A stretch of 64,000 bases of DNA from NCBI GenBank assembly GCA_035714745.1, contig DASTLR010000007.1, positions 70,205 through 134,204 of the forward strand, in the 5' to 3' direction. The position numbers and the translations under genes were made by a program. Source of the DNA: Minisyncoccota bacterium (GTDB lineage: Bacteria > Patescibacteriota > Minisyncoccia > Phycocordibacterales > UBA6065). Of this stretch, positions 1 to 12,750 are shown in pieces (the stretch's first letter is position 1; every line of letters begins with the position of its first letter). A model generated the notes under the pieces. That model made no database searches, was not told the origin of the DNA, and saw only the letters and a program-made list of their open reading frames with translations.

Positions 1-125
1 GCCATGCGTCGGAAGAGAGGTGAGATCCCTCCGCTGTGCCGCAACGGTAGTCCTGCCCGGGCCAGAGTCCCGCGCAGGCGAGCCCGGTCTCTCGTATGGC
101 GATATCCCGAGCAGGAATCGATAGC
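1..125 (+). promoter_or_regulatory. Cobalamin (B12) riboswitch, short class-II-like
   Basis: GGAAGAGAGGTGAGATCCCTCCGCTGTGCCGCAACGGTA...GAGCCCG matches the B12-element core. Closing helix GCCATGCG (1-8) pairs with CGTATGGC (93-100). Lies upstream of B12-uptake-type genes. May extend past the window start. Confidence 0.8.
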
Positions 126-182
126 CGTCATGACTACCCTTCCCGCCGCGGAAGCGTTTTTATTATCGGCTAACCAATATCC

Positions 183-1358
183 ATGAAACGATCGCTTCTC
201 GGTCTCCTAATTATCAGCTCCGCTCTCAGTTCTGCCGCGCCGATTAACGCGCGGGCGCAGGAAGCCGCTACGTCTGACCCGGTCGTGGAAGCTCCGGCAC
301 AAGAATCAGCCCCTGCTCCGGCCACTATCCGCGCAAATCTCAGCGTCCGCTACCAGGGCTCGCTGGCCTGGACCGGGCAAGTGGCGCTTGTTCAAGGCTC
401 GACCGCCGCGATATCCGACAGTTCGGGCCTTTCGCATTCGATCGCCTCGGACAGCGCCCTCCAGGCTCTGGCGGCCGCGGATTCTTTCTCTCCCGACTTC
501 TCGCTCTCGGACCTGACCTATTACTCTGACTACGGATCTTTCTTCATCAACTGCATCGACATCGCCGCCCTGCCAAAGCACGCCTGCGGCAACTGGCAGT
601 ACGTCGTCAATTCCGACTATCCTCAGATTGGGGTCGACAAGTACGCCATCCATGAGGGCGACACGCTCTATTTCTATTACGGCAACCCTCGACGCGTGAC
701 CGTCCAGTCCGGCGGCTCAGCCGAAGCGCCGGCGACCGTGCATGCCCTGGCCGAGAAGTACGACTATACGACCGATACCTGGACGCCTCTGCCTGGCGCC
801 TCTGTCGGGGCCACGCAGCCAAATCCGAACGATCCCTATTCCCCTATCGTCGCCTATTCGGCCGTCAGCGGCCCTGACGGCGTCGCCGCCATCGCCATCG
901 CTCAGCCGGGAGACTACGGCATCGGGCTGGCGACAGACTATTATTACCCCGCCGAGCCCATAACTATCCGCGCGGCCCAGGCAGCGGCGGCGGCTCAAAG
1001 AACCTCGTCAAGCTCCAACGGAGGGTCATGGAGCGCCGGCGGTTCGGCGCCAGCAGCCGCAACCTCGACACCTACGGCCGCCTCCATTCCCCCTCAAGCG
1101 ATTTCGACTCCATCAATCGCCGCAGATATTCCGGCAATCATATCTGAAGAGCCGATGATCACCCTCGATATCTCTTGGGAGGCCTTTGCCGCGCGCTATA
1201 CCCTGCTCGCGAGCGCGAATACAACGAGACCAGCGCCAGCCGCGGTAAAGCCAGTCACCCAGACCGCCAGCGTCTTCCAAGCCATGAAGGCCGCATCGAC
1301 GACCGCTCCCGCCGGAACCGGCTGGCTGGACAGGATTATCCGCTTCTTCACACGCTAG
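183..1358 (+). CDS. Secreted DUF4430 (transcobalamin C-terminal-like) domain protein, putative B12-binding surface protein
   Basis: Signal peptide. WQYVVNSDYPQIGVDKYAIHEGDTLYFYY is typical of DUF4430. Ala/Ser/Pro-rich tail. Directly downstream of the riboswitch. Confidence 0.72.
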   Translation: MKRSLLGLLIISSALSSAAPINARAQEAATSDPVVEAPAQESAPAPATIRANLSVRYQGSLAWTGQVALVQGSTAAISDSSGLSHSIASDSALQALAAADSFSPDFSLSDLTYYSDYGSFFINCIDIAALPKHACGNWQYVVNSDYPQIGVDKYAIHEGDTLYFYYGNPRRVTVQSGGSAEAPATVHALAEKYDYTTDTWTPLPGASVGATQPNPNDPYSPIVAYSAVSGPDGVAAIAIAQPGDYGIGLATDYYYPAEPITIRAAQAAAAAQRTSSSSNGGSWSAGGSAPAAATSTPTAASIPPQAISTPSIAADIPAIISEEPMITLDISWEAFAARYTLLASANTTRPAPAAVKPVTQTASVFQAMKAASTTAPAGTGWLDRIIRFFTR

Positions 1359-1919
1359 ATGAACAAACAACTGACCCTAAAAACCCGCATCCTCGTCGCC
1401 GTCGCCCTGGTGGCCATCGGCGTGGCCGGACGACTGCTGCCCCACGCCTGGAATTTCGCTCCCATCGTAGCCATCGGCATCTTTTCGGGAGCGTATCTGG
1501 GCAAACGCTTCGCCTTTCTGGTGCCGGTGATCGCCATGGCCGCCTCTGACGCCGTCATCGGCTTCTACGGCTGGAAGCTGAACCTGACCGTCTACGCCGC
1601 CATGGCCCTCTCCGGCGCCATCGGGCTCCTCTTGCGCCGTCGCAGGTCGCCGATTTCCGTCGCCGCCGCAGCCCTGGCAGGGTCGACGCTCTTCTTCTTG
1701 GTCACCAACGGCGCCGTCTGGTATCTGGGCTCTTCATACGCACCCGGCCTGGACGGCCTCCTCGCCGCATACGTCGCCGGCCTGCCCTTCTACCGCAACG
1801 CCGTGGTCGGCGACATCTGGTACAGCTGGGCGCTCTTTGGAGCCTTCGAATTCGCTTTGTGGGGATACAGGAGTATCATAGGAAGCAAGACACATGCTCA
1901 GCACTCTCTTCGCGGCTAA
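1359..1919 (+). CDS. DUF6580/BtuM-like ECF S-component-type membrane transporter, putative cobalamin uptake
   Basis: RLLPHAWNFAPI...FSGAY, SD..IGFY, FFLVTN..VW and Y.AGLPFYRN...GD motifs. Multiple transmembrane segments. Confidence 0.75.
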   Translation: MNKQLTLKTRILVAVALVAIGVAGRLLPHAWNFAPIVAIGIFSGAYLGKRFAFLVPVIAMAASDAVIGFYGWKLNLTVYAAMALSGAIGLLLRRRRSPISVAAAALAGSTLFFLVTNGAVWYLGSSYAPGLDGLLAAYVAGLPFYRNAVVGDIWYSWALFGAFEFALWGYRSIIGSKTHAQHSLRG

Positions 1920-2595
1920 GGCAGGCGGCTGGTTCCTGCCCGTCATCATGGGAGCGGCCGTGGCCGACAGTATCAACCCCTGCGCCTTCTCCATCCTCTT
2001 CCTTTCTATCGCTTTTCTCTTGAGCCTGGGCAAGGGGCGCAGGCACATCCTGGCTGCCGGCGGCCTCTATATCGCCGGCATCGGCCTGGTCTATATGCTC
2101 ATCGGCGTGGGCATCCTGCGCGTCCTCTCGGCCTTTGCCATGCCGAACGTCCTGGGCAAGGTCGGCGCCGCCATCCTGGTCGCCTACAGCCTGATCGGCC
2201 TCTTGAACGAATTCTTTCCCGCATTCCCCATCAAGCTCAAGATCCCCGCCCAGAGCCACCAGACCCTGGCCCGCTTCATCCATAAGGCCAGCCTGCCCGC
2301 GGCCTTCGCCCTGGGCGTGCTGGTCGGGCTCTTTGAATTCCCTTGCACGGGCGGCCCTTACCTCTTCGTCCTTTCCCTCCTCCATGACCAGGCGACGTTC
2401 TGGCAGGGCTTCGGCTACCTGCTCGCCTATAACGCGGTCTTCGTCCTGCCGCTCGTCGTCATCCTCCTGGCCGCCACCACCCGCACGGCCCTAGAAAAGG
2501 CCGATCGCCTGCGCAAGATCGAGAGCAAGAAGGGCCGCATCATCCTGAACGCGGCGCTCCTGGCCATCGGCCTAGCATTAGTAATCGCCCTCTAA
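1894..2595 (+). CDS. CcdA/DsbD-like transmembrane electron transporter (cytochrome c biogenesis family)
   Basis: DSINPCAF and FEFPCTGGPY twin Pro-Cys motifs. About 6 transmembrane helices. Confidence 0.75.
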   Translation: MLSTLFAAKAGGWFLPVIMGAAVADSINPCAFSILFLSIAFLLSLGKGRRHILAAGGLYIAGIGLVYMLIGVGILRVLSAFAMPNVLGKVGAAILVAYSLIGLLNEFFPAFPIKLKIPAQSHQTLARFIHKASLPAAFALGVLVGLFEFPCTGGPYLFVLSLLHDQATFWQGFGYLLAYNAVFVLPLVVILLAATTRTALEKADRLRKIESKKGRIILNAALLAIGLALVIAL

Positions 2596-2607
2596 GGGGC
2601 ATAGAAT

Positions 2608-3108
2608 ATGACCATGAAGACCATACAGAGCTACGAAGAACTGAGAAAAAAGGTGGAGGCGGCAAAGAAATCCGCCGTCGACCTCTCTATGGAGGAGGAT
2701 CTGGCTATCGCCGTCATGAACCTAGTATCGCTGGAGGAACATTTCTTCTTTACCGGGGCAAAGACAGGCAAGAACGGGTACTATGACCTCTTGAACGAGG
2801 TCCGCGAGATGAGGAAGGCCCTTTTGGCCCGCATGATCGAAAAGACCGAGGGCGAGAGCTGGTGTATCTCGAAGCATCTCCTGGCCACGACCATGCGCCT
2901 CATGGAGGTGGGATCGAAGCTGCAATCCGGGGGCAAGAAAATCGAGGCCGAGGAGACCTTCAAGCTGGCCTACAAGTCGTTCAATCTCTTCTTCGCCCTG
3001 CGCCTGCAGATAATCAGCGCGCCCGAGGTCGTCAACCTCATGCGCGAGGAGAAGCCGATGTCCTATGACGACATCATGAAGGGCCTCGTCGATTGCTGCA
3101 AAGAATAA
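2608..3108 (+). CDS. Hypothetical helical protein with WCISKH motif and C-terminal CC
   Basis: Operon spacing and host-like codon usage. No family recognised. Confidence 0.7.
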   Translation: MTMKTIQSYEELRKKVEAAKKSAVDLSMEEDLAIAVMNLVSLEEHFFFTGAKTGKNGYYDLLNEVREMRKALLARMIEKTEGESWCISKHLLATTMRLMEVGSKLQSGGKKIEAEETFKLAYKSFNLFFALRLQIISAPEVVNLMREEKPMSYDDIMKGLVDCCKE

Positions 3109-3118
3109 CCGCTACCGT

Positions 3119-3496
3119 ATGAATAAGAACACTATATGGCCGATCGTCATCCTCGCGCTCGCTATCGTCGCCGTGGCCGCGGCGGCGCTCTATCTATCCC
3201 AGCCAAAGACCGCATATAGCCAGGAGACGCTCAGATCTTTCGCTCTCTGCCTGGCGGACAAGAAGCTGACCATGTACGGCGCCGAATGGTGCCCTCATTG
3301 CAAGGCTCAAAAAGCTCTCTTTGGCGCAGCCTTCGCCCAGGTGCCCTACGTCGAATGCCCGCAGAACGAGCAGCTCTGCATCGATAAGGGCATCCGCGGC
3401 TACCCCACCTGGATCGACGCCTCCGGCGCCAAATATGAAAGCGAACAGCCGCTCGAAAAATTGGCGCAAGTCGCCGGGTGCCCGCTAGGCGAATAA
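3119..3496 (+). CDS. Membrane-anchored thioredoxin-fold protein
   Basis: N-terminal transmembrane segment, YGAEWCPHC active site, GYPTW cis-Pro motif. Confidence 0.85.
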   Translation: MNKNTIWPIVILALAIVAVAAAALYLSQPKTAYSQETLRSFALCLADKKLTMYGAEWCPHCKAQKALFGAAFAQVPYVECPQNEQLCIDKGIRGYPTWIDASGAKYESEQPLEKLAQVAGCPLGE

Positions 3497-3499
3497 AAC

Positions 3500-4030
3500 C
3501 TATCTCATCAGCCCCTCCAAGACCCCTTCCGGAGTGACTTTCAGGAGAAGGACCGCCCCCACGCTGGGCCGAGCGGTCATCGGCTCGCCCTTCTTGCGCT
3601 CCGCGTAGGCGATTTGGAGCTCGCGCGAACCAGCAGGTATGAGCGTGGACTGTGGAGCTATCCTATCGCCGATGTAAAAGGCGTTCGTAGCCCTGTCGCC
3701 ACCCGGCAGTTTTAATAATACGACTGCGTAATAGAACAGCCCGCTGCCGCCGGTCTCTCGAGTGACCAGGAACGCTGTATCGGGAGAGCCGTCGCCGTTC
3801 AAATCCCCCACCGCTTCATTTCCAAAGTACCGAGTGACTTTCTGCGCGGCCGATCCCGGCGCTGCCGGAGCATTCGAAACGCCATCGACGAGCGTGACCG
3901 TCTCGGAATCGATCGTAAAAGTCGAATTCCTGGTATCGGCAGATTGTGGCGGCATCTCTTTCCTTGAAGCTGTCATTACGGCGTACGCGAGGACTGCGAT
4001 AGCGGCCGCGATCCAAAGTATTTTTTTCAT
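3500..4030 (-). CDS. Hypothetical exported/membrane-anchored protein
   Basis: MKKILW start with a signal-like N-terminus. GDLNGDG and GGSGLFYY motifs. Confidence 0.7.
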   Translation of the reverse strand: MKKILWIAAAIAVLAYAVMTASRKEMPPQSADTRNSTFTIDSETVTLVDGVSNAPAAPGSAAQKVTRYFGNEAVGDLNGDGSPDTAFLVTRETGGSGLFYYAVVLLKLPGGDRATNAFYIGDRIAPQSTLIPAGSRELQIAYAERKKGEPMTARPSVGAVLLLKVTPEGVLEGLMR

Positions 4031-4210
4031 GCTCTGACTATACCACGAGCGCTTTTCGTTGCGTAACCTGAACAATCGCCAGAATTCATCGTTTCTTTAT
4101 GATTCCTTTATCTCCTTTTTGCTACGTTTTATCCTGCCGGCGAAGCAACCGGCCCAGGGCAGAGCGAAGCAAAAAGCACCCGAAATTGGATGCTTTTTGC
4201 TTAAAAATTG

Positions 4211-4284
<74 letters not shown>

Positions 4285-4411
4285 ATATTGGCCGTCCTTT
4301 ATCCTCGCTTCCATACTACGACCGAAAAGCGAGGTACCGACAATTATACCACCGCCCATCCGGCTAATCAAGGCATCTCCCTTTGGAACGGCGCGAGGCC
4401 TGGCGATGCCG

Positions 4412-4993
4412 CTATATGTAGTAGAACTCCTCGAAGACCTTCTTGTAGAGCTCGACGATGCGCTTGGCCTCCCTCTCGTTCAGCTGGAAGTCGCTGCCCT
4501 GATGCGCGACCTGGTTCCTGGTCCTGTGAGCCTCCCAGGCCAGGTCCAGGGTGACGAAATCGCTCTTCTCGATACCTTTTAGTTTGTCGCCGATCGAATC
4601 GCCCTGGTAACCCATCTTCTCCAGGATGTCGCCGAGCATGATGTCGGCCTCCAGTATGGCCAGCCTCCAGTCGGAAGGGTTGCTTGAATTGATGTGCTCC
4701 TGGACCTGCTGCCATTTCTTGTTCAGCACGGCGTCGTGGTGCGGCTCGGCCAGGGCTTCCTTGAGCCTGACGGAATGGAATTTCGCTTCGGCGGCCTCTT
4801 CTACCCGGCGGAGCTTGATATAGGCGTAGCCGATGACGTAGAACAGAGCAAGCGAGGCGACGATGGCGATCGGCTTGATCAGGTTGATGTAGTAGATCAG
4901 CCAGTTCAAGATGGCCACGACGTCGAAGTTCTTGAACAGGTCGACGATGCGCAGGAAAAGGTACTCGAGGTTGAGAAAGTTGACGGAATCCAT
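4412..4993 (-). CDS. Conserved hypothetical membrane-anchored protein
   Basis: One transmembrane segment, then W+LAILEAD..L...L...GY.G.SIG+KLK and AWEAH+.RN.VAH motifs. Confidence 0.75.
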   Translation of the reverse strand: MDSVNFLNLEYLFLRIVDLFKNFDVVAILNWLIYYINLIKPIAIVASLALFYVIGYAYIKLRRVEEAAEAKFHSVRLKEALAEPHHDAVLNKKWQQVQEHINSSNPSDWRLAILEADIMLGDILEKMGYQGDSIGDKLKGIEKSDFVTLDLAWEAHRTRNQVAHQGSDFQLNEREAKRIVELYKKVFEEFYYI

Positions 4994-5014
4994 GCTGCTA
5001 GATGATTCCCTCCA

Positions 5015-6448
5015 TTATACTTCGCCCAGGAACTTCTTGCCCAGGGCAAAGAGGATATCCTCGCGGCCGTTGTCTGCCAGGATCTGCAGGCCGATCGGCA
5101 GCTGCTTGCCCTCGACGGCCTTTGCTCCGGCAGGGATAGAGATGGCGGGCACCCCGACGAGGTTCGCCGTGACGGTAAAGATGTCTTCCAGATACATGGC
5201 CACCGGGTCCGACGTTTTCTCCCCTATCTTGAAGGCCGGCGCCGGAGCGGTCGGCGTGAGGATGGCGTCGACGCTGGCAAAGGCTTTGGCAAAATCGGCT
5301 TTCAGAAGCTCGCGCACGGCCAAGGCCTTGTTGTAATAGGCGTCATAGTAGCCCGACGAGAGCACGTAGGCGCCCAGCATGATGCGGCGGCGCGCCTCGG
5401 TGCCAAAGCCCTGGCCGCGGCTGTTCAGATAGTCCTCGAGCAGGTCCTTGCCCTCGACATGGAGGCCGTATTTCACGCCGTCGAAGCGAGAGAGGTTGGT
5501 CGAGACCTCGGCCGGCATAAGCACATAATAGACCGCCAAGGAGTATTCAATGTTCGGCAGCTCGATGTCGCGGATCTCGTAGCCGGCTGCTTTGAATCGG
5601 ACGAGCGCTGACTCAAAGACCTTCATCACTTCAGGGTCGATGCCGTCGCCCTGCAGGAAATGCCTTGGAACGCCCAGGACGGGCTTCTTGCCCGCTGCTT
5701 CTGGCTTCTTGCTCGCCGTATCTATCGAGGTGCTGTCGTAGTGATCCTTGCCTTTCATTGCGTCAAAGAGGATCTCGGCGTCGGCGACGGTCTTTGCGAA
5801 GGGGCCGATGATGTCGAGGGACGAGCCCATGGCCATGAGGCCGTGACGAGATATAGAGCCGTAGGTCGGCTTGAGACCGACGATGCCGCAATGGGATGCA
5901 GGCTGGCGAATAGAACCGCCGGTATCAGAGCCCAGGCTGGCCAGGGCGAGGTCGCCCGCTACAGCCGCAGCCGAGCCTCCCGACGAGCCTCCCGCCACAC
6001 GAGAGAGGTCGTGCGGATTCTTCGTCAGGCCATAGGCAGAGTTCTCGGTCGAGCTGCCCATGGCGAACTCGTCCATGTTGGCGCGGCCCAGAAAGACCGC
6101 CCCGGCGTCGCGGAGCTTCTGCACGGCAGTGGCGGTATAGGGCGCGACATAACCTGCGAGGATCTTTGAAGCGGATCCGGCGCGCTTGCCCTCCAGGAGC
6201 ATGTTGTCCTTGAGAGCGATCGGTATACCGGCGAGCAGGGAGGATTTTGCGCCCTGGGCCTTGATGAGCTTGTCCGCCGCCTCGGCCTGGGCGAGAACGT
6301 CGTCATAGACTTCCAAATAGGAGTGGATGTCGCCGTCGCGCTTATTGATCTCGTCCAGATAGGCCTGGGCGAGCTCGCGCGCGGTGAAATCGCCCCGGAC
6401 GAGGGAGTCGTGAGCCTTTTTGATGGTCAGGTTCTTGAGGTCGATCAT
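5015..6448 (-). CDS. gatA: Asp/Glu-tRNA amidotransferase subunit A
   Basis: Amidase signature GGSSGGSAAAV, plus GSDTGGSIRQPA and RRIMLG.YVLSSGYYDAYY. Confidence 0.97.
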   Translation of the reverse strand: MIDLKNLTIKKAHDSLVRGDFTARELAQAYLDEINKRDGDIHSYLEVYDDVLAQAEAADKLIKAQGAKSSLLAGIPIALKDNMLLEGKRAGSASKILAGYVAPYTATAVQKLRDAGAVFLGRANMDEFAMGSSTENSAYGLTKNPHDLSRVAGGSSGGSAAAVAGDLALASLGSDTGGSIRQPASHCGIVGLKPTYGSISRHGLMAMGSSLDIIGPFAKTVADAEILFDAMKGKDHYDSTSIDTASKKPEAAGKKPVLGVPRHFLQGDGIDPEVMKVFESALVRFKAAGYEIRDIELPNIEYSLAVYYVLMPAEVSTNLSRFDGVKYGLHVEGKDLLEDYLNSRGQGFGTEARRRIMLGAYVLSSGYYDAYYNKALAVRELLKADFAKAFASVDAILTPTAPAPAFKIGEKTSDPVAMYLEDIFTVTANLVGVPAISIPAGAKAVEGKQLPIGLQILADNGREDILFALGKKFLGEV

Positions 6449-6460
6449 AGTGGTGCAAGG

Positions 6461-6775
6461 CTACTGGCTGCCGCCCAGGATCTTCTTTACTTTGACGTAC
6501 GCGCCATCCTTGGTCGTTGCCTGTTTCGGCGCCAGGGCCATGAGCCTGTCGGTGTAGATGCCCGGCTGGTGAGCGCCCTCGTCCTGGCGCATGACGTTCT
6601 TGTTCGTGGACATGACCGGCGCGCCCATCTGCTCAGGAGCGATCGGCGCCGAGGTAAGCTTGTCGACGTAGGACAGGATGGCGCCCATGTCCTGCTGCAT
6701 CTTCGCCACCTCTTCGTCGGAGAGCTTGAGGCGGGAAAGGCTGGCTAGTTTGGCTATTTCTTCGCGGGAGATCAT
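6461..6775 (-). CDS. gatC: Asp/Glu-tRNA amidotransferase subunit C
   Basis: MISREEIAKLASLSRL...ILSYVDKL...YVKVKKIL. Immediately upstream of gatA. Confidence 0.93.
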   Translation of the reverse strand: MISREEIAKLASLSRLKLSDEEVAKMQQDMGAILSYVDKLTSAPIAPEQMGAPVMSTNKNVMRQDEGAHQPGIYTDRLMALAPKQATTKDGAYVKVKKILGGSQ

Positions 6776-6833
6776 GTCGTGTGGAGTTGGGACCAATATA
6801 GCAAATATGGCGCTGTTTTGCGATAATTCAGGC

Positions 6834-9763
<2,930 letters not shown>

Positions 9764-9780
<17 letters not shown>

Positions 9781-10312
9781 ATTCTTTTATAGTGAACGTC
9801 CTGAGCGGCAGGAACAGATTGGTCCTCCACGACACCGTGACGGATATCACGGCTTCCTTGGCCGAGGCACGGTCGTCGATAGACACGGTACGAGTAAAGG
9901 CAGTCTGCTTCCAAGCCCCCCCGGACGCATATCCGTACTGCCCCGACGAGCTGTCTACGGATATGGCGGGACAGCCCGAGCCGGGGCATGCCGATACCGC
10001 CCCCGTCGAGGTGAAGTCTGTATAGCGCGCGTCGATCTGACAAGCTTCCCCGCCCGAGGCGCCCTGCTTGCACGCGGCGAGCGAGGCAAGCCAGGGATTT
10101 CCCTGGATGCGATTGGTGTCGCGCGCGTTGCGCACGTACTCGACCGCTTCCTGGGCCAGATAGTAGGCGGTAATCTGGTCTCGGGCGTAGATCGCCGAGC
10201 TGATGCCTTTTTGGGCGATGACGAGCGGTCCGGTCACGGCCAAAGAGAGGATGGATATGGCCACCATGGCTTCGACGAGAGTGAATCCGCTGAGTGCGCT
10301 GCGCTTTTTCAT
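9764..10312 (-). CDS. Minor pilin (PilV-like), prepilin N-terminal cleavage/methylation domain
   Basis: GFTLVEAMVAI N-terminus. Confidence 0.88.
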
Positions 10313-10316
10313 GGCT

Positions 10317-10889
10317 TTATGAATCTATGGCTCTCTGGGTGACCGTCGTCTCGATGTCGAAGTCGGACCTGGTCGAGCCCTCGCCCGCATAGCCCTGGAC
10401 GGTGATGACGACCTTTGGCTGCAGGCGATCGCCTGCCGCCGTGCCTACGGCATAGAACGACAGCGAAGTGATCTTGATCTCGCTCGCCGTGATAGCCACC
10501 GGCGGATTAGAGCTATTGGCGCCATAGACCGTCTTCATGATCCTATTCCCCGAGAGGCTGTACTCTATCCTGTCGTTGTCGTCCGTAGTGCTATACAAGC
10601 CGTCGCCGTCAACGTCGCGGTTGGCCTTGTAGTGAAAGACGCTATCGCCCTCGGCGCAATCCGCCGAGCGTACCGCGATATTCGAGGTGCAGGCATAGCG
10701 GAAGCCCACGCGCATGTCGCGCGCCATGCTCTCGAGCGCGAAATTCAGGTTAGTCATGACGGATTTCAGGGTATGGGTCTTCTTGTTCGCCTCGACGATA
10801 GAGAAGACCGCGCCCGTGGCCACGAGCATGACGATGGAGAATATCGAGACCGAGACCAGGACTTCGATGAGGGTGAATCCTTTTTTCAT
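10317..10889 (-). CDS. Minor pilin (PilW-like)
   Basis: [13 protein letters not shown]-terminus. Confidence 0.88.
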   Translation of the reverse strand: MKKGFTLIEVLVSVSIFSIVMLVATGAVFSIVEANKKTHTLKSVMTNLNFALESMARDMRVGFRYACTSNIAVRSADCAEGDSVFHYKANRDVDGDGLYSTTDDNDRIEYSLSGNRIMKTVYGANSSNPPVAITASEIKITSLSFYAVGTAAGDRLQPKVVITVQGYAGEGSTRSDFDIETTVTQRAIDS

Positions 10890-10890
10890 G

Positions 10891-11457
10891 CTAGTCGCAG
10901 ATTGCCGGCGGGCCGTCGTTGCCGATCGATATCTGGCCGGTCGACTCGACGGTGACCCTGCGCGCCGTGCCCTGAGGCGACTTCACGCATACGTCGACCT
11001 TGCCGCCGATCAGGCTGCCGCTGCCGCCCTGGGTGAAATAGGCGTCGGGATTCGGCCTGAGAAAGGTGATGTCGACGGCCAATTGCCCACAGGTCCCGTT
11101 CACGCAGACCTTGTTTATCTTGTTTCCCTTCGAGATGGCGAATACCTGCAGGTCCAGGTCGCCGGCGTCGCGCGCATGGCTGACGCCTCCCGCCTTGTCC
11201 TCGAAGAGGATGTACGAAGTGGGCGAAGCGGGGTCGAAATGGATGCCATAGCCAGAATCAAAGGCAGTGGCGGCATTCTGCCTGACGGATATGCCGTAGA
11301 ATTGAGCCTGGCGGATGGAGAGACCGACCTCGTAGGCAAGGTTAGTCAAAAGCACGCTGCCGTTGAATTGGCTATGGTTGTAGACGGCCATGGTCGTGAT
11401 GACCGTAAAGATGGAGATCGAGACCAGCAGCTCTACCAGGGTGAATCCTTTATTCAT
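10891..11457 (-). CDS. Minor pilin (FimT/FimU-like)
   Basis: MNKGFTLVELLV N-terminus. Confidence 0.88.
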   Translation of the reverse strand: MNKGFTLVELLVSISIFTVITTMAVYNHSQFNGSVLLTNLAYEVGLSIRQAQFYGISVRQNAATAFDSGYGIHFDPASPTSYILFEDKAGGVSHARDAGDLDLQVFAISKGNKINKVCVNGTCGQLAVDITFLRPNPDAYFTQGGSGSLIGGKVDVCVKSPQGTARRVTVESTGQISIGNDGPPAICD

Positions 11458-11467
11458 GCTCCCTCTA

Positions 11468-12292
11468 TTATAGCGCCAAATACGAGATTAAGGTCCAGAA
11501 ATCCAGCCCAAGGACATAGACGATGAGAAAGGCGACCAGCATGAACGGACCAAAAGGCACCTGGCTGCCCATGCCCAGGGATGCGGAGCGGCGGAATACA
11601 CGCTGCAGAGCCATGATGGCCAGCGTGGCCGCGGCGCCGATCCAGAACGACAGCAGAAAGGCCGAGAGGCCTTGGCCGAGGCCCAGCGCCCACCCCATCG
11701 ACAGGGCCAGCTTGCCGTCGCCCAGGCCCATCCAGCGGCCGCGCGAAAATGACCAGAGGGACCAGAAGAACAAAAAGAACAGCGGGCCAGACAGGATACG
11801 AAGCCCGAAATCCAGAGGATGAAGCCCGGGACCGATGCTCGGTCCGATACCGAGAAAGATGATGCCGAGGGCGATGAGAGCGGCGCCATACGAGAAGAAG
11901 TCGGGGATGATCTTGTGCCGCAGGTCGTAGGCGAAGATGACGACATAGAAGCAGAGCAAAGCTGCCCAGAGCAAGAATTCGACGGGGGCGTCCGACCGCG
12001 CATACGCCGCGACGAAGCAAAGGCCGGTGGAGAGCTCTACGAGCGGATACTGCCACGAGATCTTGCTCCCGCAACCCTTGCATTTCCCCCTCTGGGCCAG
12101 GAAGCTGGCCAAAGGGATCAGCTCCCGCCAGCCCAGTTCCTTGCCGCAAGAAAAGCAGCCCGACCTCCCGCGGGCTATGGACATGCCGGTATTGAAGCGC
12201 AGGATGACGACATTCAGGAAGCTGCCGACAAGGAGGCCAAAGACAAAGAGCGCGGAGAGGACAAGGATCGCAGGGAATACCAGATGAGGCAT
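11468..12292 (-). CDS. pilD: Prepilin peptidase
   Basis: GSFLNVVI.R, RS.C..C, C..C...ISWQYP.VE, D...+IIPD, MGLGD.KL and PFGPF motifs. Confidence 0.95.
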   Translation of the reverse strand: MPHLVFPAILVLSALFVFGLLVGSFLNVVILRFNTGMSIARGRSGCFSCGKELGWRELIPLASFLAQRGKCKGCGSKISWQYPLVELSTGLCFVAAYARSDAPVEFLLWAALLCFYVVIFAYDLRHKIIPDFFSYGAALIALGIIFLGIGPSIGPGLHPLDFGLRILSGPLFFLFFWSLWSFSRGRWMGLGDGKLALSMGWALGLGQGLSAFLLSFWIGAAATLAIMALQRVFRRSASLGMGSQVPFGPFMLVAFLIVYVLGLDFWTLISYLAL

Positions 12293-12293
12293 A

Positions 12294-12728
12294 TCAAATA
12301 TTTGGTACCGATCTGTAGTTCGAATTCGGCAGGGCTGTGTTGCAGGTCGCGTTCGTGGTCACGTTGTCGTTCGGCGCGCTCGAAACGTCGTCGAGCTTTG
12401 CCCCGATGCAGTAGCTTTTGTCGCCGTTATAGGACGCATATTCATACGTCCCGCCCCCGGGGTCGCTCGGCAGCTCGGGCAGATATTTATCCGTGACCAG
12501 GACGCCCAGCGGGGCCATGCCCGTACCGGACGGATAGGCTTTGTTCACTTCGTAATACAGAGCCAAGCCGAGCTGGATCTCCTTCATATCGCTGACCCTG
12601 CGCGTATCGCGGGCCTTGGCCCTAGAGACCGTGGTCGAGGCCAGGACGATGCCCGTCAAAAAGCCCGTGATGGCGAGGACAAGCAGTATCTCGATAAGGG
12701 TGAAGCCGTCGGCGCGAGGTCTTTTCAT
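12294..12728 (-). CDS. GspG-like type IV pilin
   Basis: GFTLIEILLV; KARD..R..D...IQ..L.LYY; LP.DP. Confidence 0.87.
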   Translation of the reverse strand: MKRPRADGFTLIEILLVLAITGFLTGIVLASTTVSRAKARDTRRVSDMKEIQLGLALYYEVNKAYPSGTGMAPLGVLVTDKYLPELPSDPGGGTYEYASYNGDKSYCIGAKLDDVSSAPNDNVTTNATCNTALPNSNYRSVPNI

Positions 12729-12750
12729 AAGGCGGGGGCCGGCTACGGCG

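Noticed and set aside
4-186. 60 aa ORF at the window start
   Set aside because: It overlaps the cobalamin riboswitch and has no protein features.
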